Notes under the pieces: model-generated
Database searches by the model: none
What the model was told of the DNA's origin: nothing
The model's input: only the letters and a program-made list of their open reading frames with translations
Part shown: positions 9,442-19,225 of the stretch, one piece after another
Position numbering within the stretch: position 1 is the stretch's first letter
Layout of the letters: the number at the start of each line of letters is the position of its first letter
Made by a program: the position numbers and the translations under genes
From: a virus
DNA length: 64,000 nucleotides
Direction: 5' to 3' (one strand)
IMG/VR virus record: IMGVR_UViG_3300044780_000058

Positions 9442-10353
9442 ATGGCAATCTCAAGAGCGCAATTGATGAAAGAGCTGGTCCCCGGCCTGAACGCCTTATT
9501 CGGGCTCGAGTATGATCGCTACCCCGAAGAGCACAAGGACATTTTCGCCGTCGAAAATTCCGAGCGGTCCTTCGAAGAGGAGACCAAAGTCTCCGGCTTT
9601 GGCCCTGCACCAGTCAAGGCCGAGGGCGCCGCGGTCCACTACGACGAAGCGCAGGAGACCTACACCTCGCGCTATACGCACGAGACCATCGCGATCGGGT
9701 TCGCCATCACCGAGGAAGCCTTCGAAGACAACCTGTATGACAGTCTCTCGAAGCGCTACACCAAGGCGCTGGCACGCTCGATGGCCCACACCAAGCAGGT
9801 CAAGGGCGCCGCGGTGCTCAACTCGAGCTTCGATACCAATTTTCCGGGCGGCGACGGCGTGTGCCTCTGCAACACAGCGCACCCGCTGGTTCTGGGCGGC
9901 ACGTTCAACGCGAATACGCCGACGACGCCGAGTGACCTCAACGAGACCTCGCTCGAGGCCGCAGCGACCACCATCTCGCTCTGGCTGGACGATCGCGGCC
10001 TGCTGATCGCAGCCAAGCCGCGCAAGCTGATCATCCCGGCCGCGCAGGTGTTCACGGCGACGCGTGTGTTGAAGTCGCAGTACCGGCCAGGCACCGCGGA
10101 TAATGACATCAACGCTATCTACACCAACGGCACGATCCCGCAGGGCTGGAGCGTCAATCACTACATCACCAATCCCAAGGCCTGGTGGGTGCTGACGGAT
10201 GTGCCCAACGGCTTGAAGATGTTCGTACGCGTTCCGCTCTCGACCAAGGACGAGCCGGACTTCGACACCGGGAACCTTCGCTATAAGGCCCGCGAGCGCT
10301 ACTCGTTCGGTTGGTCGGATCCACTCGGCGTGTACGGCGCGCCGGGCACATAA
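9442..10353 (+). CDS. Major capsid protein
   Basis: MAISRAQLMKELVPGLNALFG, SERSFEEE..SGFG.APVK.EG, DFDTGNLRYKARERYSFGWSDP; strong RBS. Confidence 0.85.
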   Translation: MAISRAQLMKELVPGLNALFGLEYDRYPEEHKDIFAVENSERSFEEETKVSGFGPAPVKAEGAAVHYDEAQETYTSRYTHETIAIGFAITEEAFEDNLYDSLSKRYTKALARSMAHTKQVKGAAVLNSSFDTNFPGGDGVCLCNTAHPLVLGGTFNANTPTTPSDLNETSLEAAATTISLWLDDRGLLIAAKPRKLIIPAAQVFTATRVLKSQYRPGTADNDINAIYTNGTIPQGWSVNHYITNPKAWWVLTDVPNGLKMFVRVPLSTKDEPDFDTGNLRYKARERYSFGWSDPLGVYGAPGT

Positions 10354-10397
10354 AACTGCTTGAGCGGGTGGAAGGAAAATGAGAAAATTCCTTTAAT

Positions 10398-10676
10398 ATG
10401 CGTGGGAGACCGCGTCTATTTCCAAACCGCCACCCGCTCAATGTCCTGATCTCGGATGAGGACTACCGGGCTCTGGTAACTGAGGCCGCACGCGTGCGTC
10501 GCGAGCGGCCGGGCTTCTCTGTCGGCGACCTGGTCCGCGGCTATATCCGCGACGGTATGGGCGCGAAGCGCGCCGCGCCGACCAGGATCGACTCCCGCAC
10601 TGCGCACATCCGCCAGCTGCGCGCGATCGCGCGCACCGCGCTCGAGGTCGCCAAGCACTTGAAGAAGCCGGCCTAG
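10398..10676 (+). CDS. Putative ribbon-helix-helix DNA-binding protein
   Basis: LNVLISDEDYRALV...SVGDLVRGYIRDG beta-helix-helix pattern. Confidence 0.55.
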   Translation: MRGRPRLFPNRHPLNVLISDEDYRALVTEAARVRRERPGFSVGDLVRGYIRDGMGAKRAAPTRIDSRTAHIRQLRAIARTALEVAKHLKKPA

Positions 10677-10951
10677 AGCCGCGGGATCACGGCCACACTG
10701 ATACTGCCGGCCGCATCTGCGGCCACCCACACGCCGCCGGGTCCGATCGGGATCGGCACGATGGTCGTCCCGGTCGGCAATTTGAAGCTGTTCGAGTTCG
10801 CCGCCGGCGTGTTGGTGGACGAGATGAACAGGTTTCCGGTCCCCAGGTTGAGTATGTTGAGCGTGCAGTGCCCGCCGCCCGGCACGACCAGCTGCGTGGG
10901 TGTATTGGCCGCCAGGGCCACGGTGTGGTAAGCCGACAAGTTGACTGCCAT
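10673..10951 (-). CDS. Small beta-rich hypothetical protein
   Basis: 92 aa; TAGCCT -10-like hexamer 6 nt upstream of the ATG. Confidence 0.55.
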   Translation of the reverse strand: MAVNLSAYHTVALAANTPTQLVVPGGGHCTLNILNLGTGNLFISSTNTPAANSNSFKLPTGTTIVPIPIGPGGVWVAADAAGSISVAVIPRL

Positions 10952-10975
10952 CCCGCCAGGCTATCACACCTCCGA

Positions 10976-11005
10976 TTGACAATACCGAGCGCACTATGCT
11001 ACGGT
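10976..11005 (+). promoter_or_regulatory. Sigma70-type promoter with CGAGCG spacer box
   Basis: TTGACA-ATACCGAGCGCACTATGC-TACGGT, 9 nt before ATG 11015. Confidence 0.6.
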
Positions 11006-11014
11006 CGGCCGCAT

Positions 11015-11953
11015 ATGGCCAGACTACTCGATGACATGCGCGCGTGGGGCCGGCTGGTAATGCCGGGCTTCATAGTCAAGGAGGATTTGTGGGGGCAGCA
11101 CGCCGGCGCTATCTGGGAATTGCTCGAGGGCAAGCGCTGGCCGCTGCCGGTGATTGTGGCCGATAACGTGGCCGACTACTACTTCAGCGGCACCGACCAG
11201 GAAATCTGGGATCTGGGGACGGATTTCGCCAACATGGCACCGCCCTTCCCGTTGTTTTGGGTAGAGCACAAATTGCCGTCTTTGATCCGATCGCGTGTGC
11301 ATGGGGACTCTGACCTGTCGATTTTGGGGCCGCGTGGGCGTATGGGCGTGCTGGTGGCGGGGCTCGACCCGGAGCAGGTCCGTGTCGCCGATGGGGAGTT
11401 ATTGCCGGGGACGCGCTGGGTTCTGTCGCTCGAGGTGTTCATCGAATACGGATTTCAGCCTGGTGAGGTGCAGGGGCCGCACGGCACCATATTCCTCTGC
11501 CTGGACGCTGACGGCCGGCTTCTCGGCAAAAGCTGGATGCAGGGCTATCACGACCCGGAGACAAATGATCTGGTGGTCGCTTTTATCGCCTACACGCACC
11601 CGACTCTGCTGGCCATATCCTTCATGCACTGTAAAAACGTGCGGGTCGTCGACGAGCAGGTGCCGCCGAAATTGGCCAAGCGCTATGCCGAACGCCACGC
11701 CGGCCTGCGGCCGACCAACTACAAAACCATCGTGATCGAGCCCATGAAGGCGGTCCTGCGCCGCACCCAGCAGGAGCACGGCGTCGGGCACAGGGCCGCG
11801 CTGCACATTTGCCGCGGGCACTTCAAAGACTACCGCACGGGCGCCGGGCTTTTCGGGAAATATCACGGCACTTTCTGGTGGGACCAGGCGGTGCACGGGA
11901 CCAAGAGCCAGACGCCGCCAGCACGCGAATACGCGGTCAAGTTGGACAAGTGA
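11015..11953 (+). CDS. Conserved phage hypothetical protein
   Basis: C-terminal HICRGHFKDY..GLFGK..GTFWW motif recurrent in phage proteins; start set by the adjacent promoter. Confidence 0.65.
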   Translation: MARLLDDMRAWGRLVMPGFIVKEDLWGQHAGAIWELLEGKRWPLPVIVADNVADYYFSGTDQEIWDLGTDFANMAPPFPLFWVEHKLPSLIRSRVHGDSDLSILGPRGRMGVLVAGLDPEQVRVADGELLPGTRWVLSLEVFIEYGFQPGEVQGPHGTIFLCLDADGRLLGKSWMQGYHDPETNDLVVAFIAYTHPTLLAISFMHCKNVRVVDEQVPPKLAKRYAERHAGLRPTNYKTIVIEPMKAVLRRTQQEHGVGHRAALHICRGHFKDYRTGAGLFGKYHGTFWWDQAVHGTKSQTPPAREYAVKLDK

Positions 11954-11978
11954 CAAAATCTAACGCTTGTGGTAAAAT
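11950..11978 (+). promoter_or_regulatory. Promoter, near-leaderless
   Basis: GTGACA-17 nt-TAAAAT preceded by TGTGG, ATG 8 nt downstream. Confidence 0.65.
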
Positions 11979-11986
11979 TAGGGCGT

Positions 11987-12127
11987 ATGGCTAAGAAAAA
12001 GACGGCTTTACAGAAGGCGGCCGCTTCCATGAGTAAAGGCCGTTGGGCCAAGATTTCCCCCAAGCAGCGCAGCCGCATCATGCAGGCCGTGCGCGCCGGC
12101 AGCGCCGTTAAGGCAAACGCGCAATGA
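11987..12127 (+). CDS. Small basic protein (GxxRW..ISPxxR family), not in ORF track
   Basis: Hand-translated MAKKKTALQKAAASMSKGRWAKISPKQRSRIMQAVRAGSAVKANAQ; ATGA overlap with next gene. Confidence 0.6.
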   Translation: MAKKKTALQKAAASMSKGRWAKISPKQRSRIMQAVRAGSAVKANAQ

Positions 12128-12378
12128 CGACGACAAAAAAGAATCCGGCAGCTGTACTGATGGGGCAAGCCCGCTGGGCGGGTGTGCCGAAAACCGAGCG
12201 CACGCGCATCGCGAAGATGGCCGCGCACTCTCCCGGCGCCGGCCGGCCGCGACTGAAAGATCGCTGCTACTGCAAGGCGAACAGCCTGGCCCGCGCGGTG
12301 GCCAGGGCTTTCGATTGCTGCAAAAAAGCCGGCGCCTATCCTTTCCCCTACACTCAACGTGCGCCTAAATTGCGTTGA
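12124..12378 (+). CDS. Small basic protein, same family, with Cys-containing tail
   Basis: KNPAAVLMGQARWAGVPKTERTRIAKMAA...CYC..CC. Confidence 0.6.
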   Translation: MTTTKKNPAAVLMGQARWAGVPKTERTRIAKMAAHSPGAGRPRLKDRCYCKANSLARAVARAFDCCKKAGAYPFPYTQRAPKLR

Positions 12379-12604
12379 AGGGTTTACACGCACCCCCTCT
12401 GCAAACATCTCCACCGCTTGTCAATTCCCCATTGCGGGGTTGCGAATAGATTTGTTTTTCCGCTGTTCACGACCTCACAGTAGCAATACGATTAAGTAAA
12501 AGTTATATAAAATTTCAACTTTCAACTTCGGTGGGGTCAGGAGTAGAATGAGACCGACAATCTAGGGGTGAGGCATCCGACTTTTGACTTAGCGGGAAAA
12601 TATC

Positions 12605-12964
12605 ATGTCCAAGGGTAACCTGCAGAAAAATAACTACGCCCTCTTTGGGTTGGCCGCCATCGTTCCTGGCCTTCAGCACGCGATTGATATGCTGCAGCAG
12701 CTACTGAACGAAATCAAAGAGGAGCTGGCGCACGCGCAGGCGCATGCGCCGCCGGCGAAGCAGCCGCGGCGGGCGAAACTCTCGAGCGCAGCCGCCGGGC
12801 GCAAAAGCTGGGAGGCGGCCACGCCGGCGCAGCGCCAAGCGCGCATCGCGGCGATGCAGGCCGGCCGCAAGCGGAAGAAGCCGCGCGGCTGGTCCGCTGA
12901 TCCCGAGGAAAGGAAGCGCGAAATGCAGCGGCGCCGGGCGAAGCGAGTGAGGGCAGCGGCGTGA
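12605..12964 (+). CDS. Basic hypothetical protein
   Basis: 119 aa; coiled N-terminus, Arg/Lys-rich C-terminus; upstream TTCAAC-17-TAGAAT promoter candidate. Confidence 0.6.
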   Translation: MSKGNLQKNNYALFGLAAIVPGLQHAIDMLQQLLNEIKEELAHAQAHAPPAKQPRRAKLSSAAAGRKSWEAATPAQRQARIAAMQAGRKRKKPRGWSADPEERKREMQRRRAKRVRAAA

Positions 12965-13284
12965 CCACCCGCATATCCAACCGACAGTACGCGCTGATCA
13001 AAGAGTTCGCGGCTGTCGGCCAGATGTCCATCCAGGACGCCCAGAAATTCGATCAGCGCGCCCTCCGCTCTATGCTTATCCGAGAGTGGGTCGCCTACGC
13101 GCCTAGCCGCGGCTTCTTTCTAACCAAGGCCGGCCATGGTGCCTACGATGACTTTCGCTATACCGCCATCGTGCGCGCCAATCCGTTCGGCCCGTTAACG
13201 CGTTACTTCGACCCCCACATTTATGGGCTCATGCGAAAAGGCCCGCATCTGGTGGCGAAGGCCCCCAAACGAAAGTCAGCCTGA
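12961..13284 (+). CDS. Hypothetical protein, possible winged helix
   Basis: 107 aa; GTGA overlap; similar in style to 45315-45623. Confidence 0.5.
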   Translation: MTTRISNRQYALIKEFAAVGQMSIQDAQKFDQRALRSMLIREWVAYAPSRGFFLTKAGHGAYDDFRYTAIVRANPFGPLTRYFDPHIYGLMRKGPHLVAKAPKRKSA

Positions 13285-13294
13285 GGTCGCACAC

Positions 13295-13576
13295 ATGCCG
13301 AACAGAAATCGCTCGTCTGCTATTCGTGTCCTCGTGGACCCGCGCGGCTACGCCACTGCGCATTTTTTCGCATCGCGCGAGGAAGGGAGTTTCAATGTCG
13401 TAGACGCCAAGCTCGACGATGCAGTCCGGCAACTCAACCACCACGTCGAGGATCATAAGCCGCGCTCGGTGTCGAGGATCGAGCTCGAGGTCCAGCGGCA
13501 GATGACCGGGGCCCAGGCGATTACGCTCACAAGTGAGTTCCAAAAGCTCTACAGGAGGGTCTTCAGCAAGACGTGA
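13295..13576 (+). CDS. Hypothetical protein
   Basis: 93 aa with GAGG RBS. Confidence 0.5.
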   Translation: MPNRNRSSAIRVLVDPRGYATAHFFASREEGSFNVVDAKLDDAVRQLNHHVEDHKPRSVSRIELEVQRQMTGAQAITLTSEFQKLYRRVFSKT

Positions 13577-13610
13577 CCGGTGGCACACCCCGCGGTCGCG
13601 GGGCAAAATT

Positions 13611-13991
13611 ATGAATCAGATAGTAGGCCAGAAATCCAATGGCTCGAGGTTCCTCGCCTTAGTCCTCGAGCCAGGCAATGTGCATAAGCTCCTCGCGCGC
13701 GAACCTATCCACCTGCGCATTGAAGATATGTTCCCCGACGGCGTGCCACAGCGCCTGGAGTTAGGCATTTTCTACTCCGAGACCCCGGTGGCCGACGCTC
13801 GCGCGCTGCGTGATCTGGCCGAGGTCTCGCTCGACGAACGCACGCATGTGTCAATAAATAAACGGCCGCACTGCCCGGAATGTCAGTCGACCATTGAGCA
13901 GCTGGGCATGATGAAATACGAGGCAGCGCCCGTAGACGTGGTGTTCTGTCCGCAGTGCGGGTGTGTGTTGTCGGTGCTGAGGAAGCCATAA
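13611..13991 (+). CDS. Hypothetical protein with C-terminal zinc ribbon
   Basis: CPEC...CPQCG. Confidence 0.55.
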   Translation: MNQIVGQKSNGSRFLALVLEPGNVHKLLAREPIHLRIEDMFPDGVPQRLELGIFYSETPVADARALRDLAEVSLDERTHVSINKRPHCPECQSTIEQLGMMKYEAAPVDVVFCPQCGCVLSVLRKP

Positions 13992-14174
13992 TGCCGCTCA
14001 GAACGTGCAGCACCTGCTGCAGATGCACAAGCGGAGGCGGTTTCAGCTCCGGGAACGGCTCCGCCTTACGCAAAAGCGCCTGGCCGGCGGGCACGTTCTG
14101 ATTGCGCACGTAGTAGTTCCACGCCTGGTCCTCGGGAGCGCTAAAATCGACAGTCTGAGAGACAAGGAGCCGAT

Positions 14175-14807
14175 CTGCCTCAGTTCTACGACTTTTTCGC
14201 AGGCGCAGGACTCGCGACCCTCGGATTGGGACCGAATTGGCAATGCGTGTGGGCCAACGACATCGATCCGAAGAAGGAGGCTGTTTACGTCGCGAACTTC
14301 GGGAAGGATCATTTTGTTCGAAAGGACATCGCTGACGTTACCATCGCCGAACTAGACAAGAACCCGACTTTGGCGTGGGCCTCTTTCCCCTGCCAGGACC
14401 TTTCGCTTGCTGGTTGGCACCGAGGACTGTCAGCGGAGCGTAGCGGAACCTTCTGGCCGTTTTGGCGGCTTATGCATGAGGTTCATGATCACGGCATGCG
14501 ACCGCCGATGATAGTGATTGAGAATGTGACCGGGCTCCTGTACGGCGATAGCTTTCTCGGGTTCTGCGAGGCGCTCGCGGGACTTGACATGCAATATGGT
14601 GGCCTCGTCATGGACGCGAGGCGCTTCGTCCCCCAATCTCGGCCGCGTGTATTCTTCGTATGCGTCGACTCCCGGGTAGACTGTTCACGGTTCTGCTCAA
14701 AGGAGCCGATCACTGCCTGGACATCTGACTCGCTGCGTTCAGCGCATGCTCTGCTCAACAACGGTGTCGAACAGCTCTGGCGATGGTGGAATCTCGAAAA
14801 AGCCTAG
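14175..14807 (+). pseudogene. C5-cytosine DNA methyltransferase, N-terminal part only (motifs I-VIII); probable CTG start
   Basis: Frame extends upstream of the listed ORF: FYDFFAGAG (I), NDID, FPCQDLS (IV), IENV (VI), PQSRPRVFFV (VIII); stops at WWNLEKA with no TRD or motifs IX/X; AAGGAG 5 nt before CTG 14175. Confidence 0.75.
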
Positions 14808-14924
14808 ATCTGAGCCTGCCGAGACACAAACGGCTGTATCGGTGGGCCTAATCCGTAACCATGCGCTGGCCGCAGTCCCGGCAGAACACGCCGGACCCGC
14901 GCGCCAGTCCATCAAGCGCGAGGC

Positions 14925-16451
14925 TTAATAATATTTCGTCCGCGGCCGCGGCTTCCAGTCCGGGTCGTCCTCTTCGTCGGTGCCCAGCCGGATGAGATTC
15001 CCGTGTCGCAGGCGCAGCAGGCCCCACACCGCGGCGTCGTGCAGGTCGTCGTTTTCGCCCTGTGGGAACGCCGCCATCTCTTCGCGCACCTGCTCCACCC
15101 AGCGCTGGCCCAGCGGCGCAAAAACCGCGCCGGAGCTGAACAGGTCCGCCACCGCGTTGGTGCGGATGACCTTGTCGTTGGAGCGCGAGGGTGCAGCCAT
15201 ATCGTGCACGTAGATGCCGGCGCGGTAGAGCTCCTGGATGAGCGGTGCTCCCGAGGCTTTCTTCTCGATGACGAGCGAGTCCGGCTTCCACTGGTCGTAC
15301 AATTCACGCACCTTCCGCTTGAGCTCGGGGAAGCCCACGCGGCCGGCCCAGGCGTCGAGCAGGATGATGCCCGAGCGCGTACGCGGTGGATCGTCATGGG
15401 TGTGATACCGGAATACACCCCAGGTGATGCAGGCCGAGCGGTTCGCCGTGTCCGACTCAGAAAATGCCGTATCCCAGGCCTGCACGACAAAATCGCAGGC
15501 CGGCGGGTCCACCTTATTCCAGGGCTGCCACCATTCCCGCTTGATGATCGCCCCTTCCTCGGCGATCGGGTTCTGCTGATAGTTGGCCGCCCAGCGCGCC
15601 GGCGGCATGGTCGCACGCGTCGCTCTCAGCTCCTCGATTTTCCAGAACTCCGGGAAGAGTGGCTCCCCGCTCGGCAATATCGCCGGCAGCTCGATTACTT
15701 CCCAGCGCTCGAGCTCCTCCTCATCCTCGGTGTACTGCTTGATCAGCCGGCCGGTCAGGTCCGCTTCTCCCCAGCGGGTCATTACCACCAGGATCGCGGC
15801 GCCGGGCTGGAGGCGCTGCCGCGGGCCAGCCAGATACCACTTCCAGGTTTTCTCAAATTCCGCCTTGGCGTTTTTCAGCACGTCCTGTTCGCTATGCGCG
15901 TCGTCGATGATGACCAGGTCGCCGCCGCGGCCGGCGGCACCGCCGGTCTTGCCCACCGCGAAGTATTCCCCGCCCTGCTTGGTCGACCAGCGGTATGCGG
16001 CCCGCGCATCCTGCGACAGGCGCAGCCCCGGGAAGATCGCCTGGTAGTCTTCGCCGGCGACCAGGTTGCGCAATTCGCGCCCGAAATCCATGGCGAGCGA
16101 GGCACTGTGCGAGCCTTCGAAGATTTTCTTGTTCGGGTGCCGCCCCAGGTACCAGGCGGGGAATAACACGCTCGTGAACTTACTCTTTGTACTCCGCGGC
16201 GGCATGTTGATGATGCACCGCTTGAGCGAGCCGCGCTCGATGCGTTCAAACGCGTCCGCCATGACGTCGTGGTGGCGCCCATGGATGAAATCCGGCCACA
16301 CCCGCCGGACGAACGGCAAAAAGCGATTGCGGGCTTCAGCCTGGTCGCGGCCGCCGGCCAGCACGGCCAGCTGATTGCGCACGCGTGCCTGCACGTCGGC
16401 CGGCAGGAAATCAAAGTTCTCTTCGAAGTAGCGGAGCTCGAGCTCGTCCAT
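14925..16451 (-). CDS. terL: Terminase large subunit
   Basis: INMPPRSTKS Walker A-like, LVIIDD Walker B, VQAWDTAF and DDLHDA nuclease motifs. Confidence 0.9.
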   Translation of the reverse strand: MDELELRYFEENFDFLPADVQARVRNQLAVLAGGRDQAEARNRFLPFVRRVWPDFIHGRHHDVMADAFERIERGSLKRCIINMPPRSTKSKFTSVLFPAWYLGRHPNKKIFEGSHSASLAMDFGRELRNLVAGEDYQAIFPGLRLSQDARAAYRWSTKQGGEYFAVGKTGGAAGRGGDLVIIDDAHSEQDVLKNAKAEFEKTWKWYLAGPRQRLQPGAAILVVMTRWGEADLTGRLIKQYTEDEEELERWEVIELPAILPSGEPLFPEFWKIEELRATRATMPPARWAANYQQNPIAEEGAIIKREWWQPWNKVDPPACDFVVQAWDTAFSESDTANRSACITWGVFRYHTHDDPPRTRSGIILLDAWAGRVGFPELKRKVRELYDQWKPDSLVIEKKASGAPLIQELYRAGIYVHDMAAPSRSNDKVIRTNAVADLFSSGAVFAPLGQRWVEQVREEMAAFPQGENDDLHDAAVWGLLRLRHGNLIRLGTDEEDDPDWKPRPRTKYY

Positions 16452-19006
16452 TACGGCGTGGTCGGCGGCTCAGGCGGAGCCGCCATGGCAGCCTGCTCGG
16501 CGGCCGCAGCGCGATCGGCGTCGCTCTTGGCCTGGTCGGCCGCGGTAGTTATTTGGTGCTTCTCCCGCTCGGCGTCGGTGGTAATGATGTGCCGCTGGGT
16601 CTCGGCCTGCTCGGCGGCCTGCCGGCGTGCGTCCTCGGAGCTCTCGCTCATCTGGTGGCGCGTGGTCTCGCCTGAGACCTGCATGGCGGTGCGGCGCTCT
16701 TCGCTGGCCAGGCGGGCCTGGTCGGCTTGCGTCTTCTGCGCCAGCTTGGCGGCCTCGAGCTGGAGCTTGGCCTGGTCGGCCTGGCCCTTCTGCTGCTGCG
16801 CCTGCGCCTTCAATTGCAGCTCCGCCTGCTGCTGTTGGAGCACCGGATCCTGTGCTTGCGCTTGCGCCTGCTGCTGCTGCGCCTCGGACTTATTCTGGTC
16901 GAGCACTTTCTGGGCGGCCGCGGCCACCAGGCCGGAGAGCTGTTCCTCGACCTCAGGCGGCAGCTTACTTCCGAGCGGTGGCAGCTGTGTGCCCATCTGC
17001 TGCTCGATCTGGGCGCGATAGGCGAACGCCAGATGCTCGGCGATATGCGCGCTGCCGGCCTGGATGATGGAGGGCGCAAGTGGATTCTGGCTCAGCGCCT
17101 GCTTCAATTTCGGGTCATCACCGAGCGCCATGTGGACCGCGATATGCGCCTGGTGGTTCTGCCATTCGAACGCCTTCACGGGCTTACTCGTGAGCAGCGC
17201 CATGTTCTCGCTCACCGGGTCCATCGGCTCAGCCGACGTCTTGTCAGGCACGATCTGGTCGGCGTTGTCGATCCCCAATACCTCGACCATCGACCGGTGC
17301 AGCTTGGGCAGGTCGTAGAGCTGCGGCGCCTGCGCGCTTAGTTGCAGGGCGGCCTGGTATTGCATGACGCGCTGCGCCATGGTGGAGGCCGCCGGGTCGC
17401 TCACCGGGATGATACTGACGTCCTGGCTGTAGTCCTGTGATTTGATCGAGCGCGGCAGGCCGTTAGGCGGGTCGTACTCATACTCGCCGCCGGTGTTGTC
17501 CCGGATGATTTCGGCGATCAGCGCGAGCTCGCGCCCGAGCGCAATATGCATGCGGCTCTGCACCGCGGAGATGACTTCAGTGGCGCGCTCGATCAGGGCC
17601 AACATCGTGCCCACGGGCGCGTTCTGCGAGGACGTGGTGATGTCGAGCTCCGCGATCGAGGCGAACGACTTACCCTCGTCGACCAGCATTTGCAGAAGCT
17701 GGAAGAGAACTGCGGAGGGTTCCTTATACGGAATGAACGCGATCGAGTCGAGGATCTTGCCCGCCGGCACGTCCACGTCTCTGAATTCGCCCGGGTGGAT
17801 CGGGTCGTTATCGCCCTTGATGCGCAGCTGCCGACTCTTCAGCCCGCCGGGCAGATTCGAGAGCGTGCCGGCGTCGACCAGCTGCCGCAGGATCGACGTG
17901 GTCGAGTGCCCGATACCGCCGATCAAGTGGATGAGCCCGAGACCGTAGGGTCCCTTCCAGGGCACGTACTTGTAGTGCACCCAGCTGATCACCTTGGCGT
18001 ATTCCGGGTCGCCCTTGCGCCAATTGCGATAGATCGACAGTATGCGGTTCGAGGCCTCATCCAGCGTCACCACGTACGATCGTGGGATGTTGTCGCCCTC
18101 GAGCATCAGGTCAACGGTCGACTCCCACAGGGTCAGCAGCTCATTGCGCGTGTATGACGGCGACATACCGCTGAGCTCGGATACCTTCTCTTCGACGCGC
18201 GAGCGATCGAGCGGCGGCGACTGCGAGAGTCGGATGGCGCGATAGAAGCCGTTGGTTTGCAGCTGCAAAATATCGCCGTAGGACTGCTTCATCACGTGGG
18301 TGTAGCGCGGGCAGGTCTCGAGGTTGGGGAAGCCCCACGGCATCAGAAAATCGCTCGCCGGCACGTACTGCGCCATGGGCCGTTTGAGCAGCGGGTGAAA
18401 ATAGATTTTCTTGAACGACGACCCGTCAACCGGCAGGGCGAAGAGCAGCTGCTCGGTCTCATCGCGGTACTCGAGCATCTTGTCGGTCAGCCAGTAGTTC
18501 AGGTCATGCGCGACGCGCTTGGCCTGGGCGATGCGCTCATCGCTCGAGTCGCCGAGCACCTTGGCGGAGGCCGGCCCCTCGGCCGGGAACAGGCGGGTGA
18601 TCGACTTACTTTGGAACCGCACCGCGGCCTCGAGGATCATAGGGTGCACCACGCCGCAGGCGCCCGGCCAGGGCTGGGTGCGCTCCTCATCCTTGATGCC
18701 GAGCAGGTCCATGCCCCTGGTGAGCGCGTCTTCCCAGTCGCGCCGGCTCTGCTTGTCCTCGTCGATGGCGTAACGCAGGTCGCTCGCGATGGACTGCAGG
18801 GTCTGCTCGTCCAGGATCTCAGCCAGGTTGGCGTCGAAGGGCGCCTCGAGCGGCTCGGGCTCCGCGGCGATGCCGTCCAGATAGACGTCAGCGCCGCCAT
18901 CCGGTCGGGCCACCGAGTGCCCGTTGAGGGGCGCGACAGGCAGCTCCACGGTAGTAGCGCCACCTGCCGCACCTGTTAACGGAGTCACTAGCGGCCGGTC
19001 GATCAC
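16451..19006 (-). CDS. Portal protein (P22-like, long Gln-rich C-terminal barrel)
   Basis: PWPGACGVVHPMILEAAVRFQS, FKKIYF, LVDAGTLSNLPGG, QQQQAQ-rich tail; TATCAT -10-like hexamer 6 nt before GTG. Confidence 0.85.
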   Translation of the reverse strand: MIDRPLVTPLTGAAGGATTVELPVAPLNGHSVARPDGGADVYLDGIAAEPEPLEAPFDANLAEILDEQTLQSIASDLRYAIDEDKQSRRDWEDALTRGMDLLGIKDEERTQPWPGACGVVHPMILEAAVRFQSKSITRLFPAEGPASAKVLGDSSDERIAQAKRVAHDLNYWLTDKMLEYRDETEQLLFALPVDGSSFKKIYFHPLLKRPMAQYVPASDFLMPWGFPNLETCPRYTHVMKQSYGDILQLQTNGFYRAIRLSQSPPLDRSRVEEKVSELSGMSPSYTRNELLTLWESTVDLMLEGDNIPRSYVVTLDEASNRILSIYRNWRKGDPEYAKVISWVHYKYVPWKGPYGLGLIHLIGGIGHSTTSILRQLVDAGTLSNLPGGLKSRQLRIKGDNDPIHPGEFRDVDVPAGKILDSIAFIPYKEPSAVLFQLLQMLVDEGKSFASIAELDITTSSQNAPVGTMLALIERATEVISAVQSRMHIALGRELALIAEIIRDNTGGEYEYDPPNGLPRSIKSQDYSQDVSIIPVSDPAASTMAQRVMQYQAALQLSAQAPQLYDLPKLHRSMVEVLGIDNADQIVPDKTSAEPMDPVSENMALLTSKPVKAFEWQNHQAHIAVHMALGDDPKLKQALSQNPLAPSIIQAGSAHIAEHLAFAYRAQIEQQMGTQLPPLGSKLPPEVEEQLSGLVAAAAQKVLDQNKSEAQQQQAQAQAQDPVLQQQQAELQLKAQAQQQKGQADQAKLQLEAAKLAQKTQADQARLASEERRTAMQVSGETTRHQMSESSEDARRQAAEQAETQRHIITTDAEREKHQITTAADQAKSDADRAAAAEQAAMAAPPEPPTTP

Positions 19007-19044
19007 GCACTCATGATACAGGATTTGATCGATTCTGGCTCACA

Positions 19045-19084
19045 GCAAACAGCGGCTCCTCCCCCTTGAGACACCGCTGTTTGC
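19045..19084. promoter_or_regulatory. Stem-loop between divergent portal and accessory operons
   Basis: GCAAACAGCGG...CCGCTGTTTGC, perfect 11-bp inverted repeat. Confidence 0.5.
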
Positions 19085-19225
19085 CGCCAGTTGGAATAGC
19101 GCTGCTGCCCGAATTATAGTTGAAAACCGCCCATTAAGCGTGAGACAGAAATCAGTGCCCGGCGATTTCCACTTGCGTTCATGCGCCCCGAGGCGTAGTA
19201 TCGAACTGCATAAATCAGGTACCAA

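Noticed and set aside
13991-14355. ORFs 14005-14355 (+) and 13705-14109 (-) as a partner or beta subunit of the methyltransferase
   Set aside because: No motif IX/X; both overlap other genes; the minus-strand peptide VDFSAPEDQAWNYYVRNQ may be a captured remnant but cannot be supported
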